From contig MCFE01000383.1 of NCBI GenBank assembly GCA_002104905.1, positions 19,891 to 83,890 of the forward strand: 64,000 bases of DNA, in the 5' to 3' direction. Positions 1 to 14,249 of the stretch are shown in pieces. The notes under the pieces are model-generated. The model made no database searches and was not told the DNA's origin. It saw only the letters and a program-made list of their open reading frames with translations. The position numbers and the translations under genes are program-made. Origin of the DNA: Basidiobolus meristosporus CBS 931.73 (taxonomy: Eukaryota; Fungi; Basidiobolomycota). Position 1 is the stretch's first letter, and each line of letters begins with the position of its first letter.

Positions 1-215
1 GAGGAGCATTCTGTAACAGTATCAGGGTTAGTACATAGTGCTTGGTAAAAGTGTTAATTTGATACTCACTATAGAGGAATATTCATGGGAGCAGAGATGT
101 GAAGAAACTGACAAAGTTGGGATTGCAAATTAGTCCTACAGTGACTAAGACTAGCATAGAATTGCTAAGTAAACCTTGGCAGCAGAATGATACCAAACAG
201 TCCAATATTTGAACA
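1..215 (-). repeat. 3' LTR (cut by window edge) of a Ty1/copia element
   Basis: On the minus strand a polypurine tract GGTTGAGGGGGAG is followed by TGTT at 215, directly after the RNase H end. The sequence is similar to the solo LTR at 2942-3310. Confidence 0.75.
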
Positions 216-470
216 CTCCCCCTCAACCAAATAATTTCTTAATCCTAGTTCCTCTCTGGGATTCTCAAATTATGGTCTAGCTAGTGGTTTTGTCAATATA
301 TCTGCCACCATTCTGACAGATGGACAGTAAACTAGCTCTACTAAGTTATTTTCTGCATCTTCCCTCACAAAGTGATGTTGTATAACTAAGTACTTAGTTC
401 TGACATGATTTGTAGGATTTTTAGCTGATGAAATACAACTTAGATTATCTTTATAAATACATGTTGGTTC

Positions 471-3400
471 TGTTGAAATAATTAGGAGTCCACCTAATTA
501 TTAATATATTATGAACTAGCACTTAGTGAAATGATATATTTCAGATTATCAACATGGAAACTAGTTTGTAAGATATTTACTAAGTATTAGGAATTAGAGA
601 AGTACAGAATTTTAGGAAAATCTGAAACTTGTCCAAATGAGCTGAAACTTGGCACATACACTCCTGAGACTCTCCTAATAATGACCAAATAGTCACATTT
701 ACGTAGTTCTGCAATAAGTATAAATACTGTGTTGCAACGCAATAAAACATCAATGTGAATATCATGTAAATCTTCTAATTCTCCAATTCACTTCCAATAT
801 ATCTCTCTAATATTTCAACAGGCTTATGAGCCCCAAGCTTGCTTTATCTTGGTTGTCTACTTTGCTCTAGTGCTGTGTCTTTATTCTGGAGAAAGACCGC
901 CTGGTCTACCTGAAGTTACAAAAGACAGAAAAGTACTGCTGCTGCAAAGAGCTGCTAGATGGGATATATTGTTTTGGAGAGAGAGGCCTTTGCCCTTAAA
1001 GAAGACACCAAGCAAAGAAAAAGGTCATATGTCAAGGAGATCATGTTGGACAAATTCCAAAAGTTATGGAATATGCAGAAGGATGAAGCTTTGAGAAAAT
1101 AGGTAATCCCAGCAAGGAGTCAAGATCAATAAGGGGCATCTTACATGATATATGTATTAATGCAATGATCCTTATTATCACCACAAGATGGATCTATATT
1201 GAAGATCCACATATACCTGGGTCTGGATTAGACTATATCAGTTGATGAAGTGCCCACATTGCTGCAGTGAATTTACATTAGTCTGTAGTCACTTGAAATG
1301 AAATGATGCGCAAACACTTTGATGCCACCTGCTGCCCTGCTTTGGAGTTGAATTTGCCAACAGATATATGGATCAGCTTGCCCAAACTCTGAGGCTCAAA
1401 ATGATATATAATACCTATATATTTGGCTGAAGATCAGTGATCTCAGATATGCCAACTTAGGAGTGGTACGCATGATATATCAGTGGTACTATTTCCAATA
1501 CCAATGATCCTGAGGCTCTGTGAGACACTTATTAGATGAGCTACATATCTACATCAAGTATCAGATACAGTGGGAGGAGATACATCCATATATGTTGAAG
1601 CATGGAATTTCTACTGCCATCAAGAAAAGTGCTACCAGAGACCTTGACCAAAGTATATGCATACAGTCTCTATATACACTATAGAATATGCATGAAGTAC
1701 TATCAAGGAGTGTACTAGTTGCCCTACACTAGTACATATATCACATACATACAGTGATGAAGGATCATTTATATTAACGTGGATCAGATGTTAAACATGC
1801 TATTTTGATCAGATCAAGTTACTTACAGCTCCCAGCTATGGGCCAAACCGCAATGATGATATCTGCCTCCAAAAGTGCTGAGAGAAATGGCTTTTTAAGG
1901 AAGCTTACTTGATCAAATTTGATCAAGCCTGTGAAAAGTTATGCCAGATACAAATGGAAGACCAATTTGGTTGAAACATCTCAGAATAGATATGTTTTGA
2001 GGACAGGAGGTTCCTGAGCACTCTGGGAGATCTAACAAGCCGTGGATATGCTACCTGTATGGTCCAGATCTAGATCAATAAGGAAATTCCAGCAACCAGC
2101 ATCTTTAGGACCAGATATGGAACAAAAACCTACCGCCAATAAGTTGCCAGTTTCTAAATGGAGTTAGGTGATACCTAGGCCAGATTTGGACTATCTAGCA
2201 CACCAGATATGATCCAGTTATCCTACCACACAAGGATATTGAAGTATTGTTGCTAAGGAAAGTAGCAGAGCAGTCCAAGAGAACCTACGTACTCAGAGGC
2301 AACATCACTATTATGGTGAACAATGAAGTTAACTTACTTGCAGTGGAGGCTAGAGAAGTGGTACCAAGGGCCAACCTAAGGGTTATAATGGGTCCAGAAG
2401 ATCATGGACTTGTCTATTTGCACTGTCAACCAAGCTGTATGCTGAAAAGTTCTATCAGAAGTAACAGTGGCTCATCAGAGCCATTATGGTAGATTTATGC
2501 AATTGGAAAGTGCCAGATCAGGTTGTGCTGTTCAAGCGTAATAGTACATATGAGACCATATCTATCCTGTTTAGGATTAGGCCTCTATGAATAGCTGCCA
2601 ATCAAGCTGTGGTATGCTGTGATACCAAATCAAGCCTATCAAGATGCAAAGGGAAGATCTGAATACCATAACAGTGATATCAGTCCAAGAAAGTTATGCC
2701 TAGATCAGAAGGATATATATGATCTATCTCAGTCAGTTTTAGAAGGCAGGAAGCACCAGAAGACGTAGCTTCAGTGGGAGTACAATATCCCAGATTAGGA
2801 ATGAAGAAAAGATAGGATAGATACCATTGAAGGCACTAGTCCGGAAGAGGAAATACTTGGTCAAGCATCAAAGAATAAGGCAACTACAATGCTGACCAAT
2901 TGTTGGTCTCAGCAGATCATATATTGAGTATATGAGGAAAGTGTTGCAATTTAAGAAGTGATTTGGATATAAGGAACTAATCAAGAAATAGTGATAATAG
3001 TTGAACTGTTGTTTATTCGTAAAGAAGCTCAGTATTTATACCTTTGTAGAAGTAATACAGCTGCAACACTAAGTAGGGAGGGTTTCTCAATATTCAGGAG
3101 CATTCTGTAACAGTTTCAGGGTTAGTACATAATGTTTGGTAATAGTGCTAATTTGATCCTGACTATAGGGGAATAGTCATAAGATCATATATCTGGAGAA
3201 AGTGGCAAAGTTAAGGCAGTAAATGAGTCCTACAGTGACTAAGACTAGCCTAGAATTGTTAAGTAAATTTTTAGCTGCTGAATGATACCAAATAGTCCAA
3301 TATTTCAACAGAAAGTTACTATCCAGATCCAGTTATGGATATATGGAGGATAGTCTAAGTGAATTAGACTATAGACCAGAACTGTGGATGATCCAGATCT

Positions 3401-4148
3401 ACTTGAGAGAAGACCACATCCTAACTTTGCCAATTATTGACCAATTTTACTCAAATGAGAAACAGCAGATAGCCTGTAAATTCAGCTCTCTGATGATACA
3501 AACTATGCTGGGATTCAATCAGTATCTAAGAAGTTTTACTCCAATCAAATTGATGATACTCATTCATAGATATTTGTGATGAGATCAGAGTTCAGACTCA
3601 AAGCAATTTGATCTGAAGTATGTAATTAACAGTATGAACTTATACTTAGTTATTACAGATTATATGCAATCCTTAACATATATTGGAGAATACATTAGTC
3701 CAATAAGTTAGATGGTTAATTGCAGGTTTAATTTCAACCGCAAGATACACAACACCACAGCAAGTTCATAAGTATATGAATATATTATGTGAGTGGGAGT
3801 GTTGAAATAATTAGGAGTCCACCTAATTACTAATATATTATGAACTAGCACTTAGTGAAATGATATATTTCAGATTATCAACATGGAAACTAGTTTGTAA
3901 GATATTTACCAAGTATTAGGAATTAGAGAAGTACAGAATTTTAGGAAAATCTGAAGCTTGTCCAAATGAGCTGAAACTTGGCACATGTACTCCTGATACT
4001 CTCCTAATAATGACCAAATAGTCACATTTACGTAGTTCTGCAATAAGTATAAATACTGTGTTACAACTCAATAAAACATCATGTGAATATCACGTAAATC
4101 TTCTAATTCTCCAATTCACTTCCAATATATCTCTCTAATATTTCAACA
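471..4148 (+). mobile_element. Nested LTR element with no recognisable gag-pol (non-autonomous or degenerate)
   Basis: Near-identical ~350-bp LTRs at 471-820 and 3800-4148 (TGTTG...CAACA). PBS-like GGCTTATGAGCCC follows the 5' LTR and PPT GTGAGTGGGAG precedes the 3' LTR. A 5-bp TSD GGTTC/GGCTC splits the host RNase H frame. Confidence 0.85.
2942..3310. repeat. Solo LTR of the same family as 1-215
   Basis: TGTTG...CAACA termini; clear similarity to 1-215 (GAGCATTCTGTAACAGT...AGTCCTACAGTGACTAAGACTAGC...GTCCAATATTT). Confidence 0.7.
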
Positions 4149-7100
4149 GGCTCATCTGAATGACAGCTCAGGTCTTTAAATATTTTCTTAAGCCATATAG
4201 CGTCCTTAGTTGCTTGGTAAGCAGCCATATATTCAGCTTCAGTTGTATCTAGGGCCATAGTTGGCTGTTCTGAGATATTCCAAGTGATAACTGCACCAGC
4301 ATAACAAAATGCATACCAAGTGGTGGAGCATCTGTCAATCAGATATCTGCCTTAATCTGAATCACTATAACAATCAAATTTCTGACTACTAGCTGCTCCA
4401 GAGTATTCCAGCACCATATTTATGTAACCTTGAAGATAATTGGAAATCTGCTTAACTGCTGTAATTTGATCTGATCCATAATTCTCCTCAAATCAACTCA
4501 CTTTTCAGCTGCCACTGGAATATCAGGACATGTAGACAACATCAAATACATCAGACTACTAATCATTGATTGATAGTGAAGGTTTTGTTCCATATTTGTG
4601 CTGTTTACACCTAAAACTGGCTGAGATTTGCTCTATTTTGAATATTTGTTCATAGGAGCAGTTGCAGGCTTGCAATTTTCCATTTTGCAACATCTAAGAA
4701 TGTCACTGATGTACTTAGACTGATGCTGCACAATAATCTGTGTAGATATGTAAAAATTCACCTCAATTCCATGAAAATAGCCTAAGTTCCAGGATCTTTC
4801 ATTTTGAAAATGCCAAAGAGATCTGATTTTGTCTGTTCAAGTGCCTCTTGGTCACTTATAGCTATTAGTAAGTTGTCCACCTAAAGAACTAGGATGATCA
4901 CACTGTTTTTGAGCTATGTCACATAAATACAGTGATATGTAGCGCTACAAATGAACCCAATCTCCTCAAGATATGTGTCAATCTTATTATACCTTGTTCT
5001 AGGTGCCAGCTTAAGCTCACACAACAATTTCCCAAGTCAGCACACCTAATGGCAGCCTTTTGGATTGGTAAAACATTCTGGTTGCTCCATTTTTACAGTT
5101 TCTTGCAAATCCGCATTTATAAAGGCTGTATTGACATCCATTTAATGTAAATCTAGACTGTGTACAGCTGCCAGGTCTAGAGCTATCCTAATGGAGTTAA
5201 ACTTGGCAACCAAAGCAAGTGTTTCCTCAAAGTCTAGTCCCTTGATATGGAAATAGCTTTTAGCCATCAATCTTGCCATATACTTATCACTGGTACCATT
5301 TGAGGTTATCTTAATCTTGTGGACCCATACACATCCTATTGGCTTTCTCACATTTGGTAGATCTAGCAGTTCCCACATTTATGCTGTGATCAGTGATTGG
5401 TATTCTTCCTGCATTTCATGTTGCCACATAGTTGCATCTGGACTATGCATTGCCTGTTCCAGATTCTGAGATTTGGCACATAAGGCAGGATAAGCTTCTT
5501 CATGATCATTGGATGTCTGCCACCAGGATCCAGGGGCATTTCTTATTCCAGTAGATCTCCTAACTGGGATAATCTGCTCTGATCTGGAACTGGCAGAGTT
5601 ATCTTCTGTTTCTGGCTGAATTTGGTATGTATCTTTTTTATTAGTCTTAATTGCATCATCAGGCAGCTGGCCAATGACTTCTGTGGCTTTTTGATCTGAG
5701 TTCTCCTTGAATACAATGTCCCTGCTCTTGATCTGCTTCTGAATTTCACCATCTTAGACTCTATACCCTGCAGCATCATCACAATACCCAAGGAAGATCC
5801 CTTTTCTACTCTTTGGTTACAGCTCTGAGCATTTTTTGTTGGGGATGCAATATAAATTACCACTGCCAAAGATCCTGAGGTGCTGGAGGTTTAGTTTTGC
5901 CTGTATAGGCTTCAATGGGTGAAGAATCACATATTGCTGTTGTTGGGCAGGTATTCTTGATGTATAATGCAGTAGAAGCAGATTTGGCCCAAATCCTGTA
6001 GTTCATTCCCTTATGATATAGCATTTGTCTTCCCATCTCTACTCTAGTTCTATTTGCATGTTCTGCTACTCCATTTTGTTGTGGAGTATGTGGAGCAGTG
6101 GTCTGTTGAGGTATACAGGTAGATGAGCAGTATTTTGCAAACTCCTTTGAGCCTATGTTGGCATATTCAGGTACAATGATGACACATTGTAACTTGTATA
6201 TATTGTGATCTCTGATTCCCAAAGCTAGTTTTTGTGCATTTTCACTCAATAATAAGTAGTTCAGCTTAGTAAAAACTAATTTTAGTCCCTGAGCAGTTGC
6301 TTTACTGACTGATAGTAAGTTTTAGCTATTTCACATACAAAAGTATGTCAGTCAGTATTGCTGCTGAAGCCCCTGAGATATCACTCATATTTAGTGGTAT
6401 AGAACCACCGGCAGTAGCTTCCAGTGCAGAGTTGTCTCTCAGATAAGTCCTTCTTACAGGAATAGTGTTTAAGTTGCTGAATCACTACTTTATAACACAA
6501 ATAAGCTGTGAAGCTCCAGAGTCAATCTACTACTCATTAGACTTGTTCCAACGTACTGTGCCAGGGTGCACAGCGCAATCCACGGTTATAAAGAACAATT
6601 GGGCGCAATATTATAGCTACCAGAAGGCAGGATTGTTCTTGGACAATTTTGCACTATGCGGGACAATCTTGCACACTTATGGCACAATCTGACACAATGA
6701 GGTTGGCACGGATGATTGCACCAACTCGTAATGTTTGCATCACGTGCGCAATTGGATACCGCTATTATGGCAGGTAAAATCCGGTATTTGGATATGTTTC
6801 TTTAATGTAAATAGAAATAAATGTGTATCACACTATAAACTACACTGATACTTACCATTTTGGTTACCCTCACCCCAATTGGATGGTATCTCAGTGGTTA
6901 ATTGGTCCAAAAGTATCCTGAAACTGGCAGCCCCCAATTGGCTCATTGACTACTGAAAGAGCTACCTGATTTGTCATCAAATATCCCATTTTGCCCATTA
7001 AGCAAGTAAATCCCTGATCCTAGTGATTGGACAAGGTGTCATAGCTAGCACTCAGGCGATTGTGTACGTGCAAAACAGATCCAATAGCTGCACTGGTATT

Positions 7101-7279
7101 ACAGATGACGTATATATATGCAGGGTGTTTATTTATAGGTGTTCTGTCTCAAATGTGAGACAACCTTGATATTACTTACATCAAAAATTTGATGATCACT
7201 GATTAGCAATGGCTTTATTTGGATTGCAAAAAAAAGGGTTGTTGGGATCATTACAAATGTGAGCAATTCAAAGCAATTG

Positions 7280-8850
7280 CATCATCTTCTCCTGGGTTTT
7301 TTTCTCACAGGGATTACTACTGAAGCATTTGGTAGTGACTCACTTTGCACACCAATACTACTTCCTGGCTGACTATCATCTTGACTACTTGTGTATTTGT
7401 AGTCAGTATTTTGCCTCCTAGTTGATGAGTGCAATGCTGCAGCTTGGCCGTGCTGAATTGCTCCAACTGAACCAACTGAACCGGCCTGTAGTGCCACGCG
7501 CTGACGCGTTCTTTTACTTGCCAAGGGCTCCGGTGGTTGAGGCACTTCATGTTGGTCATCATCAGTCAGTTCACCAGAAGTAACTTGCTGATGGTCAGGC
7601 AAAATGGCATGCACAGGCACGCCTTGACGCGTTGAGATGGCCCTTGGCTGAGTTCAATGTGATGCTGCATGTTGACGCAACTTGGTCCGCTCCAATGGAC
7701 TTGTGTCTAAATGAGCCATTTGGCAAGTTCTTGTAGTTTTGCTCTGAAGCGCGCACGTTGACCCAACGCGCGTTGACTCAATGCGTATTGACTTGATGCA
7801 GGGCGTTCTGGTAAAGGGTGTTGGCATGGTCTGGACTGACGTGAGCCGGTGCGCTGTGGTTGCAAGACATGGTAGGGAATCCAGCAAGGCGTGCTGGTGC
7901 GATCTGGACAATGTTGCTCATGGTCTGTATTCTTCCTCCTGAAGCTCACCATCTGATTCATCAAGGTATTCACTTACCCTCTGTCTGATACTTTGGAGCT
8001 GTTGCCTGGATGAGTCCTGGGTATATTGCTCTCAGAAGCCACTTAGCTCTACTAATATATCACATAGTACATTAGTCATTTGAGGCAAAAACTCATTCAA
8101 GATCTCTTTGGTTCCCAAAGTTGAGGCACAAATGGATGCGTCCGGCCTGTACTGTGCAAATTGCGCGCAAAATTGTTCCTGTGCAGCTTCTTTGTCAAAT
8201 CCCCTCACTCTCAGCTCATTCTTGATTTCAATACTTGTCTTGTTGTATATCTTTTTACATACATTGGCTGGCATCTTGATGTAGAACTCATGCCACAGCT
8301 TTTTACTCAAATCCTTCCATTTTTGTCAACTCTCTGAGGTATCTAGTTCTGCTAGATTAATCAGTAGTGCCCAAATATCTGTATGAAGGCTCATCATAGA
8401 CACTTGGGCCATACTAAAATCATTTGGTGAGAACTCAAACAGATCCAACATCAACTTTTCCTGTCCAGACCGCACTTGTGAGCTGGGGGATGGGTTTTTT
8501 CTGGGTAGTACTAAAGATGAGTTGAGACTTGGTATGGGGACCATAGTAATGGATTTGGATACTTATACAGCAGTATATTGGCATCAACCTGGTCTTATAT
8601 GAAATATATATGAAAACTAATGTGATTGTTGAATTTTCCATATATTATGCATGATGCATCTTGGATTGCATTGACACAAATCAGATCACATCAATTGCAG
8701 ATTTCCTATTTGCTTATAGACCTTTGAGTAAAGCATCAATAAAAGTACCAAGGCATTGTTTGCGGATGATTTTTGCAACATAATGATGGGATACATGGCA
8801 ATTGATGGAGATTTAATCATAATGCATTAAAAATCAGATAAATAACACAG
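7280..8850 (-). pseudogene. Degenerate coding sequence of unknown origin, possibly a DNA transposon
   Basis: Several collinear minus-strand ORF pieces (7282-7620, 7654-7911, 8032-8310, 8326-8544) separated by stops. No motif recognised. Confidence 0.25.
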
Positions 8851-10038
8851 ATTGCGCCAAATCAATTCAAACCGCTGTAGTGGGGTGACAGTGTCACCCA
8901 CTGACAGATGTGCTCATTCCCTTATTTTCTACTTCCCTATATCTCTACTACACATATTTTAGTTTTATTCCACTTGTCTTACCTGATCAGTACTATCCCA
9001 TAAGCCAGTTGACTATCACACCTGCTTACCTTATTGCACAAGTTACCCCTCACTTTATGTACGATTACTAGCTATAAGTGCTTCCATATTAGGCAAGTAC
9101 CCATACCAGTACCTGTGACACATGGTGAACCCATGTCACCATCCCTACCATTTCCATACCATATATGGTATCCCTATGTTACACAGGTTTCAGAATACCA
9201 ATTCCTGATTGGTTGGAAGTGCTGTGCCTCTTAGAACCTTCTGGCACCTACTTAGAACATTTTTTAGGTCATTCTGATGTCATTAAGATTTCTATTGATA
9301 TCCGGAACCTTCTGGAATACCATGCTAAGTAATCACTTTGCCAGTGAGAAAAGTATATAAGGGAGGCTATCCCTCAACAATAAATCATCATCCCTTTTAT
9401 CAATATACCAACTTGTTGATTAGTGTGATCACTGCTACCTGCTGCTACTTGAACTTCCAGCCCCAGACCACAGGACACTCCCAGGAAACCGCGCTGACAG
9501 CCAACTGACCTTGGAGGCACTACTTGTGAGGAATACACAGAGTAGGTATCTTTATTATATTTGATTCTTACCCAAGTTTGTTCTTGTACAGGCAAAGATA
9601 CATTTCTGTCTTTGTAACTATTGATCACAGCTGCATTCTTATCAAGTCCCTGCTGGTGGAGTTTACAGTTGTTTTGACTTTGGAAGCTTTAGTACATTGT
9701 CATCTCAAAGGATGCTGAACCCAGCACATACTTTTGTTAAGACGCCAACTAAGTTGGGGATTGTAGCTCAATAGTTTTCCCTTGACAAGCTTGTGGCTTC
9801 ATTCCCCTTCACATTAGATTAGAGACAGAACCCAAGTATTCCTTGCAAGCTTTTACCAGAGGTTATTGCACCCAGTGAACACCCCACACACAAAACACTG
9901 GAGAAGTGTTGGACATATCTCTCCCTTGGACCTATACACCACCACACCACGCCATACAATCATCCACCAATTTTAATATGACTTACCCATCTGAACGGTC
10001 TTTTCTCATTAATCCCATCACTACCACTAGATTTCCTT

Positions 10039-10803
10039 TTGACACACCAGAGGAGATCTATTCCTAGTACTGTGGACCATCTACCCCAATCTGACTCAAG
10101 GAGATCCCTTGTTAAGCTTCTCTGCTACTACAAGAACTGTTGCCCTACAAGGTTTCATACCACCATCCATGGCAACAAAAGTCCTAGAAGCTTTCATTCC
10201 CAGCTGACAGCAATGGAGAACCACCTTGCAGAGTATATGAATGACTTAGAGCAAGCTTGGAATACTAGGTTCAGAAGCTCCAATAGACTTCCATATCCCA
10301 GAGTGTTCAGCAACAGGTTCCATATCAGGAGTATTTTGGATACCTTCCCAGTGAGGAATAATAGACCTTCTAGAGGGCAGAGGCACTTTTATTCTGGCAA
10401 GTACAAGGCACACTGTGTGAAGTTTCAAGCACTGACTGACATTGAGGGTAACATCATCTGGTTTAGTGGGCCATTTGCTGGAAGTAGGCATGACCAAGCA
10501 CTCTGGGTAGAGAATCATCCTGAATTCAGTTGAGGGGAGAAATGTATGGCAGACTTAGCCTATCTAGGAGAGGATTGTCACAGATTAGGATGTATTACAG
10601 CTTATAGGAAGCCAAAGAATGGTGTGCTTAGCAGGAAGCAGAAGCTCTACAATGAGATATTTAATCATTTCAGAGTGAGGGTAGAGCACACATTTGGATA
10701 TCTGAAGAGATTCAGCATATTGGCAGGTAAATACAGAGGAAAGTCATATATAGGTGAAAACATCACAATAGGTAAAATTGTTAAGATACTTATTAATGCA
10801 TAG
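10039..10803 (+). mobile_element. PIF/Harbinger-ISL2EU (IS5-like, DDE_Tnp_4) transposase pseudogene
   Basis: YSGKYKAHCVKFQ..D..G...FSGP..GSRHD, ADLAYLG, AYRKP..LSRKQKLYN and RVRVEHTFGYLKRFSIL. One in-frame TGA at 10531-10533. Confidence 0.85.
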
Positions 10804-10964
10804 TATACTCATACAAGAAGACATCCACTGAGAGAAATGTGTCTGAAGCATTATGAAGAGTAAATAAAGCAAGGAAAGCACTATTCTGAGCAACATAAGT
10901 AAGATTGAGTAAAATTACCAGTAACTGTATCATACCACTGGCATCATGGTAGAAGTTATAGTGC

Positions 10965-11035
10965 CAGATAGTGCTGTAAAGTGTCAGATCAATCTGGCAC
11001 TATAAACAGGCTGGCACTATGTGGCACTATCCAAC
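10965..11035. repeat. Cluster of TAGTGCCAG/TGGCACTA motifs in both orientations (possible subterminal repeats)
   Basis: ATAGTGCCAGATAGTGC...TCTGGCACTATA...GCTGGCACTATGTGGCACTAT, about 170 bp after the transposase. Confidence 0.45.
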
Positions 11036-11099
11036 TGAACAAGTCTAATCACTTTTATTGATGATTATAGAAGATACATGTGGGTCTACTTCATGAAAA

Positions 11100-12991
11100 G
11101 AAAGGACAAAGCGTTGTCTAAGGTCAGGGGGTTTTAAGTTATAGTGTAGTGAGGGACTAGTGGAAAATTAGGAAAATATGCTCTGAAAATGTTGGAGAAT
11201 ATACCTCAAAACTCTTCATCTGCTTCAGCAAAACAAATGGGATAAAGCAAGAGACTCCTTTACTATACTCCCCACAGCAAAATGGAGTAGTAGAATGTGC
11301 AAATTGATCAATAATAGATACAGCAACAGATATGATCCATAATCAAAATTTATCTGATAATATATAGGCAGAATCAGTTGCCACATCTGTATATCTTGAA
11401 AACAGGAGTTGTAGCAGAATACTTTTTGATTTTACACCATTGAGATATGGTATAGATATAGATCAAGTGTAGGACATCTAAGAATATTTGGGTGTACAGC
11501 AAACACCAAGAAACATTCAGGGTATTAAGCAAAATATAAGCCAAAAAGTGTAAAAGGCATGTTTGTGGGCTACTGCAATGAGAGTGAGGCATAGAGACTC
11601 TACAATATAAAAGCAAAGAAGCTGATCAAGTCCAGGAATGTGCTGCTTGATGAAAATTAAATTTTCACATAAAATAACATCAGATGATGCCAAAAATTTA
11701 ATCTCAAGTCCAACAGTTGTCTGGACTGAATCAGAACAAAGCAATGAGTACTTTTTCATTCCATAGGACCCTAAAGCCATGGTTCAGCCTGATTCAGTGC
11801 CCAAGAATAGCCCAGAAGTGATTATTCCAGTGTCACAGTCCAGGAGATCTGACTTGACCAGTACTAGCACAAATTACAATATCAAAGAGGCTACAAACCT
11901 AGCCTTTGCCTATTTAGTACATATTGATGTGCCCTAGACTGTCAAAGAAGCCTAAAATAGTGCTCAGACAAAGTTGGTCAGCAGTCTGATGCATATCATG
12001 CCTGGAACATGTCCAGATATCTCATATTCCATGGGAATTGTCAGCCAGCATAATCAGAACCATGGATCTGATCATATTGCAGCAGTTAAGCAGATTGTTA
12101 GACACCTAAAAGAAGCTACTGATATGTGCTTAAAATTTAATTATAGGGATTTAGAACAGGATCTTGTGAGATACTCTGATGCTGATTGGGGACAAAACTT
12201 AGAAGACAGAAGATCCCCACAGGATACACCTTTCTTTACTGTCAAGGAGAAATCTATGGAACTCAAGAGAGCAACTAATTGTAGCATTTTCTACCACAGA
12301 AGCAGAGCATATGGCAGTCTTTGAAGCAACAACAGAAGCAATGTGGCTAACAAGGCATCTTACAAATTTAGGTCTATGTCAAAAAATACCCATTACTTTA
12401 TTTCAAGATAATCAAGGATGTAAGCTCTTGGGTAGATATCCAACTTTTCATGCTATAGCTAACTATATAGATATTAGACATCACTTTGTATGTGAAGCTA
12501 CTGAGAGTAACTTAGTTATTATAACCTACTGTCCTTCAGATGAAATGATTGCCAAAATATTTATCAAACTATCAGCTAAAACAAGTTTGAATATCCTAGG
12601 GCAAAATTAGGACTAGTCAGTTTGAATATTCAGTTCAGTGGGAGTGTTGTAGAGAATTGTAACTCCACCTAAATACCAACCTAGGTAGTCACCTAGATCA
12701 TTACCTTCATATTCCCTGGAATACTGACCGTATTCCTTGCTGGGGTTCACTGACATTATTTTCACCAAAACATCAGGTATTAAGAGCATAACATTCTTAA
12801 AGCTATCCAAACAGCCCCAAACCTTGCACACATGCTTTTGCAGCCTTCCTAAACCTATTCTATATGTTTGCCATACCAAGACCATGTAAAAGTATAAATA
12901 ATACTTTTACATTGAGAAGAGCATTTAGTGAAAACCAAATAGTCCACTTGTACTCTGAGTCACCTTCAATGTCTCCACAACTCTTACAACA
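11100..12991 (+). mobile_element. Ty1/copia relic (integrase fragment, RT end, RNase H) with 3' LTR at 12645-12991
   Basis: TPQQNGVVE-like motif near 11260; YSDADWG..DRRS (ORF 11974); FQDNQG..IDIRHHFV (ORF 12311); PPT CAGTGGGAG followed by TGTTG...CAACA. Confidence 0.85.
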
Positions 12992-12999
12992 ATTTCAAG

Positions 13000-13700
13000 T
13001 TAGATCAGCCCTCTGAGATACCAGAAAGATTTGAAAGAATGGGCAAGATATTTCCAAGTATTCATTACCTAAAGTATTTCTTACAAGTTCCATTCAGTAT
13101 TCATACTCTTATGCTACAATACAAATGCAAGAACTGAATGAACTGGATACATACTTATTCAAATAGCCTTCTGAAGCAATTTCTACTCAGAGTACACTGG
13201 AAACATTGAGAGTCATATGTGGACATTGTAAGAATATCTATCCCAAAATGGATCACTAATGCCAACTGGATACATCTACAGCTTTTATACCTGGAGCATG
13301 TGATGGCTTTGAGTATTTATACTCAAAGCATAAAGCTGAATGCATAGATCTTTGCTACTACTGCATCCATTCTCTACTCCATCTTGCTCATTGTTTGAAG
13401 AATATTGAGCCTTGCTTCATCTTTTGGGAGTTTCCTATGAGACAAGGTATGGGGAGATAGAAAGACAAATTGAGTGATAAGTACTGCCATTTCTCAATCT
13501 CATCATGAATATGACCTTCAAGTCCATCATCAATGTGGTGAGTTGGCACATGGAGCACAGCCAGGAAGAGCTGGAAAATACTGAGGAGAGATGTGCATAT
13601 GGAGACAACTATACCTTTTGCTTTAAGAAGCTAAACAGCCCCAATGCATGTGTAATCAGCTAACTGATGCAAAGTTGGGCTGGATGTAAGAAGCCACTGA
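13000..13700 (+). mobile_element. CACTA/EnSpm transposase relic (C-terminal part)
   Basis: HSLLHLAHCLKNIEPCFIFWEFPM near 13365-13440 matches the H..H...GP....W.F..ER region of CMC transposases. Confidence 0.55.
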
Positions 13701-14249
13701 TTTTTATTAGTACAACTTTACCTTAGTATGCTGAGTTTCTCCTGAGTACAAGCCAATTTCTACACCATTCAATACAGAATTCATACAAACAACAACCAGA
13801 GTGTACCTGTAAGGGGGACTAGAGTCCAGCAGGGAAAAGGAATATATTGGCCAAGTGCCTAAAGGTATTTTGCAGTTATTCAGAGGGATTCATGGCAAAA
13901 GTGGCAGCAACCAAGCATTTGTTGCAAGATGTATATGTTAACAGCAATACAAGGCACATGGCAACTTTTCAAGTATCACACTGAAAAGCTGCAAAGTTGA
14001 GGTGATAGAAGTGTATCAGTTCCAGCAGATGTGCATGTATGCTGAGGTTAGTATGCAGGAGGACAAGTTTTATTTGATTTAAACTATGTGTTGAATACCC
14101 ATGGTATTAGTGAGTAAGCAAATAAACTGGGGTGATTCTACAATGGTATATATGAATGGTGCAAGGGGAGGTAGCAAAAGAAAATACCATTTGGTAAATT
14201 GGTATGCTAACTTTATACAGTACTAGCTGTAGGCTGCCACACTGCAACT

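Larger units (their letters stand above)
216..6250 (-). mobile_element. Degenerate Ty1/copia retrotransposon pol (integrase-RT-RNase H), interrupted by a nested element at 471-4148
   Basis: Motifs: integrase TAPHTPQQNGVAE (ORF 5857-6249); RT KPIGCVWVHKIK..KYMARL and DLH*MDVNTAF (5130-5378); RNase H AIWLKKIFKDL..EPTCIYKDN..VADILTKPL (4149-4210 joined to 240-470). Many stops. Confidence 0.9.
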
